DNA of 63,991 bases, filler included, from Octopus bimaculoides (lineage: Eukaryota), in assembly GCF_001194135.2 (NCBI RefSeq). It is 4 parts of 4 records of this genome, joined end to end, with 100 filler letters (N's around TTAATTAATTAA, not from the genome) between each part and the next. Parts side by side here need not be neighbours in the genome. Positions count along the whole stretch, not along the records: positions 44,111 to 56,716 come from NC_069005.1; positions 56,817 to 63,991 come from NC_068998.1; 2 more parts are not named here. One strand, written 5' to 3'. Positions 50,500 through 62,240 of this stretch are shown here, one piece after another. The notes under the pieces are model-generated. The model did not search any database, was not told the origin of the DNA, and worked only from the letters and a program-made list of their open reading frames with translations. The position numbers were made by a program, and so were the translations under genes. Numbering within the stretch: the first letter of the stretch is position 1; every line of letters starts with the position of its first letter.

Positions 50500-51705
50500 G
50501 TCTGATTTATTGTTAGATTTTCCAAATATACTCTTGACTGAGATTTTCATCAATGTCCCAGCAGATCTTTTCACGATCTTCTTCAGTAGTTTCCTCGTGA
50601 TCAATGCAGACAAGTTTATCATTTGTCCCATTTAATATATTACTTCTTTCAAACGCTCTTAGATAACATATGATCAGTTTGAAGCATTCGTAGCTATTTT
50701 AATCCAGGTGTTCATAGCAAGGCCAGGATTTTTTTAAAATTTAGATTAGCTACTGCCGTATTTTCCACTTCATTAGATTATACCCATGGTCTCATATACT
50801 TCCTTATTCCAACCTCAAATAGCTTGTCCAAAGGAACATCCGGTGACTGAAGACCACCAGGCAAAACACATAGGATGTACTTTGACTAGTGTTCGATGTG
50901 TTTCTATATATTTTCGTTGGCTTAGATGAGCTCTAAATTATCCCTACATCAGCACTGTAGAATTTTTGCTAACAACTATAGGATTTATTTTAGATTCGCC
51001 AGCAAAGGAACAAACAAAATATTTTTCAATAAAATGTAAAACTTGCTTTCATTGAAAATGAATTTTTTTTTTCCTTTCCAATAAGAAAAATGCCATAAAA
51101 TGTTTCTCATGTCTTGTTTTAACAGAGACAATTCTACTTCCTACTTTATCCAGTGTTCCGTTCGCAGTCAAGTAAAAAAAAAAAAAAAAATATGAATGCC
51201 TCAACAGGTTTCCAATACGAAGCAGTTCAATTATGCTGCTTTCTTCGTTTTATAATAAAACCTATGAAACTGTATAATCTTATGAGCCAAATCAAAGAGA
51301 AGCTTCTCTGAAATTTTCGATTTCTGATAAAGAGCTAATGATTTCTTTCTGAAAAATTTCAGGCACCACCCATCTGGAAACTTATAAGATTGACAAATGC
51401 CATATTTCTCATCGGATGACAATTTCTTTCCTTGTAACTTTACATGCAGGGCTGTTACAATGACCCTCTTTTTTTCTTGCCAGTCAATTATTTTTCCAGT
51501 TCAGGGAAGTAAATCTGTTTTCTCTCAGAGACCATTTACTGCTCGGCATTTCCTGCAGATGAGCTTTATTCTTCCTCCTATTAGCCTAACGTTGCTCTCG
51601 GCAACATCCAACTTCAAAGATCCGGCGCAGCTGCTGAACTTTTCATTAACTTCTGGCTTTAACTTTAGATTTTGTAGTGTTCGTAGTGTAACAAATACGT
51701 CTCAT
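50500..51705 (-). pseudogene. pogo-family (POGK-like: Brinker DBD, Tc5 HTH, DDE_1) transposase remnant
   Basis: ..RIFEV..ESNVRL (Brinker-like), GWCLKFFRKKSLALYQKSKISEKL (CENP-B/Tc5 HTH), VLPGGLQSPDV and NILNGTNDKL (DDE C-terminus); many stops and frameshifts. Confidence 0.72.
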
Positions 51706-52538
51706 TTTCATATCCTTTATTATATTTAAGATTCATTTTATTGCTATCTTATGTCAGTATTGCAGCCTATCCGTTTTAAAATGTAATCTTTTAGATTATA
51801 TTATCACATTTGAACAAAACAATGCATAATTTCACATGACCAACATACTAAAAGAATTAACCATCATCATTGGATGTTTTCACTATGCATATGATGTTTC
51901 GTAGCTGCAAACAATGATAGTCAGAATTACTGATTTCTGTATATTTGTTTTCCTTAGATGTGTTCTTGCGTTTAGTGTAAAGCTGGAGACTAGATGCAGT
52001 ATTGACACACGTATACCTACACTGTGCAGTACCAAGATATGAATATCAGTTTGCTATGCCTTCGGGGCGGTTGCGATCAAGATTTCGGAATGTATTTTCC
52101 GTCGTGTCTGCATTTTCCGAGCATTTCCGATTTTGAAGGTACATACCTGTTTGACTGAACTATTTCCATATAAGTCATTTCTCATAAGTGCATATCTTAC
52201 AGCTTTAGCTACCGTTCCAGTGTAGTTTGAGTCTTTCGTGTATTTTCCATCTTACACTGAAATTACAAGCTAATTTTTATCGGATGTAACTGGAGAAGTT
52301 AGTTGTCTTTGACAGGCGATGAAATTGCATACCTTAAATCTTCTTTCGGGTTCGCCCTAAAAGTACAGCGTATGGACAGTTGTACCTCGGTACCTGAGTA
52401 AGGCTCTTACATGTTTGTGAATAATTTATCTCGCCTCTGACTTTCACTTTAAAGTTTAACACTTGAGTATTTCAATTTTTAATATTAACTGATTACGCTC
52501 CGAAATCTACACTGTACTCATATTCCACTTTATGCATC

Positions 52539-52587
<49 letters not shown>

Positions 52588-52725
52588 TTCCTCGTGTTCC
52601 TTTCTGTTGAATGGCATAGGCTCCAAACGTAAAAGACTTTCCCACCTTCCCGAGCGTTAAACTAATACACCTGTTTGTTGTTTATACACCTGTCTTCGTC
52701 TTTTGATTTTCTGTAAATTTCAACT
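52588..52725 (+). mobile_element. Penelope-like terminal-repeat fragment with decayed hammerhead motif
   Basis: CTTT-CTGTTGA-A-TGGC-ATAG-GCTC-CAAAC-GTA-AAAG at 52600-52635; family assignment is an inference. Confidence 0.45.
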
Positions 52726-52842
52726 ATATATATATACACATATATATATATACATATAAATTGTAGACACATGTAATATATACTTTAATTTCACACGCGC
52801 CTGCACATAGACATAGACACAGACACACACAGGCACAAACTC

Positions 52843-52879
<37 letters not shown>

Positions 52880-53602
52880 CATGCATATATCACGTACATG
52901 TACAATGTTTGCTATCATGCTTGTACCGGGGAAACTCAAACAACAAATAGACAGTAGGTGAGAGACAGTCGAAGATGTTAAGTGAGGGAAAGTGTAAGAA
53001 TTCTAATTACTGTCAGCTTCAGCAAGAGTAGCCGTTACCTTGATCGAAATAAATCAGCGAGAAGTTTTCGTAGATCTTGCGAGAAATACATTTTAACTGC
53101 ATTTCATAGTTTATTGTCGAAACGAAAATGAAAGACTTGAACGTAAAACAAATAGTGTTGATTTTAAATGAAAGGAGCTCACACACACACACATACGCGT
53201 GTTCTAATACAAATATGTACTAGCGCATCTATGCACACACTCACGCACACACATGCATCCACATACACGCGCGCGCACATGCGTACACAGACAAGCTCAC
53301 ACACAGTTACTATAACGCTTGTTTTTCTCATAGATTGTTATATATGATCGAAGACAAAGCGCCATTTTAAATAGGTAGGGAGGTGGTGGGAGGTCATACA
53401 GCTGAGTAAGTGTCAGAGAACTGAATTAAGTGTTATAAATAACAGGTTTAAAATTGGAATATCACGTGCATAAATGGCGAGAGTCTACCACAATCAATCA
53501 ATCGCTAACAAAACAAATTGGCGAACGTTTAAGGGAAAATACTTTCGAACAAAATAAAGTACATAGTTTCATTCTCTGTGTGTGTGTTTGTGTGTATGTG
53601 TT

Positions 53603-53634
<32 letters not shown>

Positions 53635-53930
53635 GCCCTCTTACACACTCAGAGCCCCCACCCCCACACACACAGAGCTACATACGCATACACAACTGCC
53701 ACACACGCGTATATATACTCTACGAATATTAATGGATTTCCGGATGTATCGCCTGTAATACGATCATTTTTTGTTGTTGCAAAGCTGCACTTGTAGCCGG
53801 TACCCGTGGAAAGCTTTATAAAACAAAGTTGCTAACCAAAACTGAATCTATATATTTATACATGTGTATATATTAGAAAGACGATACTATTTTCAAAAGA
53901 AAATAGTTTTATATATTATATATGTTTGAA

Positions 53931-54615
53931 GGCGGCGAGTAAGCAGAACGGTTAGCACGCCGGACAAAATGCTTAACGGCATTTTGTCCGTCTTTACGTT
54001 CTGGGTTCAAATTCTGCCGAGGTCGATTTTGCCTTTCATCCTTTTGAGATCGATAAAATAAGTACTAGTTGAGTAACTGGGGTCGATGTAATCGACTTAC
54101 CCACTTCATCCGAAATTGCCGGCCTTGAGCTAAAATTTGAAACTAATATGTTAAATATATGTTATACGTGCGTGTGCTTAAAATCTGCCGGCCTAGTTAA
54201 ACCGTAACTATTTACAACTCAATATGATCTTATGATAAAATTATATCTAATCTCTGCAACATATTATTTCAAGAAACCAATATAGCAGAAGAGACTGTAC
54301 AACGTTAGATAGGTAAAAGAAATTCAGCAGAACTGTAATTACCAGCAGACTTTAAAGAGAGAACAGAAATACGTATCGAAAGGCGGCGAGCTGGCAGAAA
54401 CGTTAGCACGCCGGGCGAAATGCTTAGCCGTATTTCGTCTGCCGTTACGATCTGAGTTCAAATTCCGCCGAGGTCGACTTTGCTTTTCATCCTTTCGGGG
54501 TCGATAAATTAAGTACCAGTTACGCACTGGGATCGATATAATCCACTTAACCCCTTTGTCTGTCCTTGTTTGTCCCCTCTCTGTGTAGCCCCTTGTAGGC
54601 AATAAAAGAAATAAG
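53931..54615 (+). mobile_element. Two SINE family A copies (53931-54147 and 54382-54615)
   Basis: GGCGGCGAG(C/T)..GCAGAA heads with GTTCAAATT B-box. Confidence 0.88.
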
Positions 54616-55325
54616 AAACATATTTTACACCATACACTAAAGTAGTAAACTAACAAAGAAACTAATGACCACAGTTCAGTTGCAAATTACCCTACCAGAG
54701 AGACAGTATTCTTCTGTCTGACCTGTACGAGCTTTTATGTGTTAAAGAACGATTAGTCTTCGAACTGGAACTCGCGGAAGTAATCATCAATAGCAAATGA
54801 GAGAGAGGGGGGGAGAGAAAGAGAAGACCCCTTGAGTAACGTTTTATACGACTCAAGCATATGGCTTTTAACTAATCTCATTAACCCCAACGTATTATCA
54901 ATAATGTGTTGTCAATGTTAAGCATCTAATTTGCAGCTTAATTGTAAGCTTGAAACAACACCACACTTTATGTATCATTGTGTAAATTTAGGCTATAATT
55001 AATTTGGTTAATTAATCCTTTTTTGCTTTATAATCTTATCCAATCATACTTCTTGTAAGATTATTAGTAACATCTACCAGTAAATCATAGCTATTAACTA
55101 TCTTTCTAAATCTTTTTACTTGCGCAGCAAATACGTTATATCCTAGTTTTAAATATGTTTGCAGCTAACTAAAAAAATTAAACTTGCCATTTCTTGTTCT
55201 ACACAATCACTAAATATTTCGAAATCCAGCAGATTACTAGTAATGTTATCCTCCTTCTCCAAAAAACAGATTTTATAAAACAAATCCATGCAAAAACCAT
55301 AATTTGGAAAAAAAATATTCATGTA

Positions 55326-55496
55326 CGCAGGAGTGGCTGTGTGGTAAGTAGCTTGCTTACCAACCACATGGTTCTGGGTTCAGTCCCATTGCGTGGCACC
55401 TTGGGCAAGTGTCTTCTACTGTAGCCTCGGGCCAACCAAAGCCTTGTGAGTGGATTTGGTAGACGGAAACTGAAAGAAGCCCGTCGTATATATGTA

Positions 55497-55545
<49 letters not shown>

Positions 55546-55864
55546 ATGTGTGTGTGTGTGTGTGTGTGTATATGTTTGTGTGTGTATATGTTTGTGTGTC
55601 TATGTTTGTTCCCCCAACATCGCTTGACAACTGTAACTTAGCGGTTCGGCAAAAGAGACCGGCAGAATAAGTACTAGGCTTACAAAGAATAAGTCCTAGG
55701 GTCGATTTGCTCGACTAAAGGCGGTGCTCNNNNNNNNNNTTCTGGGTTCAGTCCCATTGCGTGGCACCTTGGGCAAGTGTCTTCTACTGTAGCCTCGGGC
55801 CAACCAAAGCCTTGTGAGTGGATTTGGTAGACGGAAACTGAAAGAAGCCCGTCGTATATATGTA

Positions 55865-55913
<49 letters not shown>

Positions 55914-56135
55914 ATGTGTGTGTGTGTGTGTGTGTGTATATGTTTGTGTGTGTATATGTTTGTGTGTCTATGTTTGTTCCCCCAACATCGCTTGACAACT
56001 GTAACTTAGCGGTTCGGCAAAAGAGACCGGCAGAATAAGTACTAGGCTTACAAAGAATAAGTCCTAGGGTCGATTTGCTCGACTAAAGGCGGTGCTCCAG
56101 CATGGCCGCAGTCAAATTACTGAAACAAGTAAAAG
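55326..56135 (+). mobile_element. SINE family B (CORE-like), young, full head; shown twice through an assembly overlap
   Basis: GCAGGAGTGGCTGTGTGGTAAG..GGGTTCAGTCCC..GGCACCTTGGGCAAGT (CORE-like); 55372-55729 is identical to 55740-56097. Confidence 0.88.
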
Positions 56136-56414
56136 AGTAAAAGAGAGAGAGCACTTGCAACAACCGCTAAGTTATCTGGTTAAAAGTAACTTCTTGCTTT
56201 TCCACAAATCACAAGTGCAAGCCAACTAAGAAAGAATGACAGCTGCTCCCTGTGGGAATTCTTCTAACTTATCTAAATACCATATCCGTAAACATGCGCT
56301 ATCAATAACAAACTTAATCGACTCCGTTGGCTTATTCTTTTAAACAAGTAAACCCATTCACTGCAATTGATATGTAAAGTAAAGTACATACGCGTGTGTG
56401 CGCGTTTATGTTTA

Positions 56415-56570
56415 TCGGCTGTGTGGTAAGAAGGTAACTTCACAACCGCATGGTTCCAGGTTCAGTCCCACTGCGTAGCAACTTGTGCAAGTGTGTTCTA
56501 CTATAGCCTCGGGCCGACCAAAGCCTCGTGAGTGGATTTGGTAGTCGGAAACTGAGAGAAGCTCGTTGTA
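56415..56570 (+). mobile_element. SINE family B
   Basis: Same family; further copies at 60935-61100 (+), 62500-62635 (-) and 45310-45475 (-). Confidence 0.82.
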
Positions 56571-56716
56571 TATATATATATCTATATATATATATATATT
56601 ATAAATTAACTACGAACAAAAATAATTGGTAAGCTAACTCAAAAAATCATCACCGAAATAGCAGAAAAAAACGACAGTGAAGGTATGTAGACTCTTCAAG
56701 AATCGATCCTTTTGGT

Positions 56717-56816
56717 NNNNNNNNNNNNNNNNNNNNNNNNNNNNNNNNNNNNNNNNNNNNTTAATTAATTAANNNNNNNNNNNNNNNNNNNNNNNNNNNN
56801 NNNNNNNNNNNNNNNN
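56717..56816. other. Artificial scaffold-join token
   Basis: 44N + TTAATTAATTAA + 44N. Confidence 0.95.
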
Positions 56817-56850
<34 letters not shown>

Positions 56851-57369
56851 TTATATACATTGCAGGGAGAAGGGATGGCAGGTATGGCTTTTCCCAGTCA
56901 AGGCTGGCTGTTGGGGGTTCCTTACTGACTCAGCATGGAGGATGCTTACAGCCATTGGAGTGAGAGGAAAGGAATGAAGGGTGGCTATGCGCAGGATGGG
57001 AGAGGCAGCTGAAAGAGCCTCTTGTTGGCTTTGGAGCAAGAGAGAGGAGTTAAACTGGAAACCAGGAGAAGATGTGCAGCAGTGATTTGGCCACCAACGG
57101 ACAGATGTTATAGTGCAGGGTTGAAGCACCCGATGAACTTTAGATATAATCTGATGACATCAGTTCCTCTTGGCCATAGCTCCATTCACTTTGGTGAATG
57201 GAAAAAGCACCTCCTAGGTGTTATTAACACACACTCTCAGATAAGTTTTGGCCAGAATTGATCCAAGTCATGACTAACTTATAAGTACCACTGGAAAACA
57301 CATTTACTGATGTTTTCATATTACAGTCATTCTTTGGATACCTAGCTCATTTGAGTAAAGAATTATTGT

Positions 57370-57560
57370 TTGCAGAAGTACATCCAGTGTAGGTGGTTTC
57401 TCTGGAATTTATTGGAGATATTCATCCTGGAGCTGTTTGAATGTTATGAGATCTTTTTCTTCTTTTATGTGTCTTGGCATGATGTTAAGGAGAGCAGGCC
57501 AATGGAGGCGAAATAGTTCTGTCTTAGTGTTGTGATATGACATGGCCATGATTTTCAAAG
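57370..57560 (-). mobile_element. LINE (CR1/L2-group-like) ORF 3' end fragment
   Basis: ..PALLNIMPRHIKEEKDLITFKQLQDEYLQ*IPEKP resembles the LFN.LP..I.....FK..LD..L..IPD.P terminal motif. Confidence 0.55.
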
Positions 57561-57666
57561 AGGACAGAAGGCATGGATGTAACACGTAAAGTAATTTATT
57601 ATACACTAAAATAAATACTTTTTGCATGATGTTGGCTGCAAAACGGCAGTCATCCTGACTTTCTTC

Positions 57667-57716
<50 letters not shown>

Positions 57717-57728
57717 ATCTCTATCTAT

Positions 57729-57767
<39 letters not shown>

Positions 57768-57771
<4 letters not shown>

Positions 57772-58921
57772 GTTGTCAAGAAAGTTCTTGCGGCTTTTAA
57801 CCTTTAAATTCAGATGCACATATCTCGGCTCAAACAAAACTTTATTAATTGAAATAAACACCATCAGAACCAACGCACTTTTGCCAACACAAAACAAGTT
57901 TATTTATGCCAGTAGCATAAAAATCCTACGTTCTGGTAGCGATGAAGTCGTTGAAGGCGTGTTTGGCATCATCTTGGTTTTTGAAGCATTTCTCTATCTA
58001 ATTGTGTTACCCTTTTTCTTTTTGAGTAATTAGGCCATTTTTTCTGGAATGTTGAATACAACATGGACAAAAAGCAAATTCACACAATTTTCTTATTCTA
58101 GTTCAAGCTAGGCCGGAAAGCTGCTGAAACAGCTCGTGATATCAATGATACATTTGGCCCAGGAACCACTAATGAACGTACAGCACAATTGTGATTCAAG
58201 AAATTTCATAATGGTGACAAGAGTTTTGAAGATGATAAGCGGAGTGGTCGGCCATCGGATGTTGACAACATTGAACTAAGAGCCTTAGTGGAAGCCAATC
58301 CATGCACAACTGTTCAAGAACTTGCTTCTGAATTAGACGTAATGTATACGACAATTTCCAACCACTTGAAATACATTGGAAAAACAAAAACACTTGAGAA
58401 ATGGGTGCCACACGAATTGAATGACAACCAAAATAAAACACCGTTTTGAAGTGTCATCTTCCCTTCTTTTACTCTTTTACACAACAAAAATGACCCATTT
58501 CTCGACTGGATTGTGACTTGCAATGGAAAGTCGATTCTTTACGACAACCGGTGATGCTCAGCTCAGTGGTTGGATGCCGACGAAGCTCCATGGTACTTCC
58601 TGAAGCCAAACTTGCACCAAAACAAGGTCATGGTGACTGTTTGGTGGTCTGCAGCTGGTCTCATCCATCACAACTTTTTGGATTCAGGTGAAACTATTAT
58701 GGCAGAGAAGTACTGTCAGCAAAGAAACTCCGACAACAACAGCCAGCATTGGTCAATAGAAAAGGACCAATTCTTCTCCATGACAACACTCGGCTGCACA
58801 TCGCACAACTGACCCTGCAGAAGTTGAACAAATTGGGCTATGAAACTCTGCCTCATCTGCCATACTCACCAGACCTCTTGCCTACCGACTACCACTTTTT
58901 CAAGCATCTCAACAACTTCCT
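57768..58921 (+). pseudogene. Mariner element, near-complete but defective transposase (ATG 58063)
   Basis: TA|TTAGGTTG TIR; MDKKQI..FKLGRKAAETARDIN, SGRPS, WVPHEL, KVMVTVWWSAAG, ILLHDN, HLPYSPDLLPTDYHFFKHLNNFL. Confidence 0.93.
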
Positions 58922-59759
58922 GGATTTTGGAAGAAAGTGTCACGATTAACATTTTTGCCAACTACAATTTACTATTTTTTGAGTGCTATACATTCACTGC
59001 TTTTTCCTGAGGACTTTTTCCTGGTGTTGGTTTGTTTTCATCCTCCATAAGTTAGTGCTTTGGCAAAAGCAACTGACAGAATAAGCACCAGGCTTTTTAA
59101 AAAAGTACTAGAGTTGATTTGTCTCACTAAAACCCTTCAAGGCAGTGCCCCAGCATGGCCACAGTCCAATGACTAAAATAAATAAAAGATAAAATAAACA
59201 GAAATTGGCCTTGTACCTTGTCTAAAAGGAAATCAATATTATTGATAAGAGAAATAATCTGAATCATATAACCTGCTGCTCACCAGCATTACAGCATTTG
59301 ACTTTGACCTGTCTTTGACCTGTCTTTGACATCAGAAGATTTCATTCATGTCTTACATCAGAGCTATTAAGCAAAGCTTCAACTTAGAAGCTCCAACTGA
59401 CTCTACTTCCTTCCCCCACTTCACACTCTTTAGGCCAGTGAGGGAGCCTTTATACTGTTGTCCTACCTGCTAAAAAACATAGCTGAATTTCCATCAGATA
59501 ACACCTTACTTTCTTAGAAAAGGACATGCAAAATAATGTGCTCCTGGATTTCCTGCATATAGACAGGATAATAACTGCTGGGAATGCTTTTGGTCATATA
59601 CCTGCTTGGTCAAGGCTGACCTAGAGGTAAACAATAATCTGACACCATCAACGCTCTCTTCACCAATCTTGCAGACACACCTGTCTAGCATTCCACTATT
59701 CAATTATGCCTCCCATACTCCTCAATCTGTACATTAATGACCTGCTTCTCACTAACTCT

Positions 59760-59945
59760 AAACACACACACACACACACACACACATGTACACACAACAC
59801 ACACATGTACACACAACACACACATGTACACACAACACACATGTACACACAACACACACATGTACACACAACACACATATGTACACACAACACACACATG
59901 TACACACAGCACACATATGTACACACAACACACACACACACACAC
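59760..59945. repeat. AC-rich minisatellite (ACACACATGTACACACAAC-like units)
   Basis: Direct reading. Confidence 0.85.
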
Positions 59946-59963
59946 GTGTGCGTGCACACATGC

Positions 59964-60310
59964 ACGTGCGCCCCCATCCCCTCCACACACACACACACAC
60001 ACAGGGCTAATACCACTCTTTACCTTAACCTTCTACACATAGACCTCATCCATACACAACATAGACCTACCATAAAGCATCAATGAACAGAGACATTGAA
60101 AATTTCTGCAATAGAGTTAGAACAACCATACTTCCTTTGACAGAACCAAAACACAGTCATGAGAATCTAATTTCGTTCACATATCAAGAAGGAAGAACTT
60201 TCATACAACAAAGCCAAAGGGAAGTTTTATGTGGTCACTTTACCTGTAAGGTAAAGAGTGGTATTAGCCCTGTGTGTGTGTGTGTGTGTGGAGGGGATGG
60301 GGGCGCACGT
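59964..60310. repeat. Perfect 64-bp inverted repeat with 219-bp spacer
   Basis: 59964-60027 is the exact reverse complement of 60247-60310. Confidence 0.95.
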
Positions 60311-61093
60311 AAGGAAGAGTAGCCAATTATTTATTATATCCTACCTCATTTGGTTGAGCCTGCTCAGATTTAGCCATGTCTTTCATCACAATCCTACTTA
60401 GCATTTAGATCTGCAGGGCAAAATTTCATGTCTGTACAAAGCTTGTCAATAAAGTTTTCTGCTGTATGGTCAAGCTATGTATATCTATGTTGTAGTGTCT
60501 GTAGGAATGTATTATTAGTGAGTTCTTGATTAGTTCTTCAGCAATGTCCTGCAAATCGCATGCATCACTCTCTATTAACATCAGTGACAGCAAAAAGACA
60601 GCCATACTGTCTTTGTTTGGTCAGATGTTTATTTTCTACAAGAAATTTTGACCTGCCCATAATATGCAGGTGGGTGAAAATGTTATCAGACCTTGTCACC
60701 AAGTACTTGGTAACTGTACAAGGAGTGAACATGTGTATCATCATCATCATCATCAACATTACCTACCCTCACCTGTTTCCAAGTAAGTTAATATCTCCCA
60801 TATTTTCCACTGAAGACTGGAAACAAACAACATTACTTGTATAACAGCGATGCTCATTTACAACCACCATGTAATGTCAAGACAAAGGTAAACACACACA
60901 CACATATATATGTGAGTGTGTATGCACACACATATAGGTGCAGGAATGTGGCTGTGTAGTAAGAAGCTTGCTTCCCAACCCCATAGTTCCGGGTTCAGTC
61001 CCACTGCATGGCACCTTGGCAAGTGACTTGCTATAACTTCAGGCCAACCATAGCCTTGTGAGTTGATTTAGTAGATGGAAGCTGAAAGATGCC

Positions 61094-61125
<32 letters not shown>

Positions 61126-61126
<1 letters not shown>

Positions 61127-61291
61127 ATCATCATCGTTTAACGTCTGCTTTCCATGCTAGCATGGGTTGGACGATTTGACTGAGGACTGGTGAAACCGGA
61201 TGGCAACACCAGGCTCCAGTCTGATTTGGCAGAGTTTCTACAGCTGGATGCCCTTCCTAACGCCAACCACTCAGAGAGTGTAGTGGGTGCT
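61126..61291 (-). mobile_element. RTE-type LINE 3' UTR fragment (family C), runs into gap
   Basis: Near-identical to 7357-7510. Confidence 0.82.
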
Positions 61292-61780
61292 NNNNNNNNN
61301 NNNNNNNNNNNNNNNNNNNNNNNNNNNNNNNNNNNNNNNNNNNNNNNNNNNNNNNNNNNNNNNNNNNNNNNNNNNNNNNNNNNNNNNNNNNNNNNNNNNN
61401 NNNNNNNNNNNNNNNNNNNNNNNNNNNNNNNNNNNNNNNNNNNNNNNNNNNNNNNNNNNNNNNNNNNNNNNNNNNNNNNNNNNNNNNNNNNNNNNNNNNN
61501 NNNNNNNNNNNNNNNNNNNNNNNNNNNNNNNNNNNNNNNNNNNNNNNNNNNNNNNNNNNNNNNNNNNNNNNNNNNNNNNNNNNNNNNNNNNNNNNNNNNN
61601 NNNNNNNNNNNNNNNNNNNNNNNNNNNNNNNNNNNNNNNNNNNNNNNNNNNNNNNNNNNNNNNNNNNNNNNNNNNNNNNNNNNNNNNNNNNNNNNNNNNN
61701 NNNNNNNNNNNNNNNNNNNNNNNNNNNNNNNNNNNNNNNNNNNNNNNNNNNNNNNNNNTATATATATATATATATATATA

Positions 61781-62240
61781 TTAGGCTGAGTAAAAAGTAA
61801 GCAATGTTTTGAACCAGGAAGAATTCGTACTAGATTTTTGCAGAGTTTTGAATTTTTTAAAATCATTTTTTTGCAATTATCTGATAATACAGACATAGAC
61901 TTGCCCAAATGCATCAATAAATTAACTTAGATATTTTTTTCACTGTTGTTACAATCATGTGAAATGGAATTGTCAAAGTGCGATATTTGACCAATTTTGC
62001 TATTCAACTTCAGAAAAAGACGTAAAGCAGCTGAAACTGCTTGTGATATCAATGAAACATTTGGTGAGGAAATGACTGGTGAGTGGTCAGCTCGAAAATG
62101 GTTTAAACAATTTCACAGTGGAGACCTAAACCTTGAAGATCGTGAGCATAGTGGACACCCGTCTGTCATCGATGATGGTCAATTAAAGACTGTCATTGAG
62201 AAAGATCCACATAAAACCACTTGAGAACTGGCAAAAGAAC
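61781..62240 (+). mobile_element. Mariner 5' fragment (second family)
   Basis: TA|TTAGGCTGAG TIR; LFNFRKRRKAAETACDINETFG..WFKQFHSGDLNLEDREHSGHPS. Confidence 0.85.
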
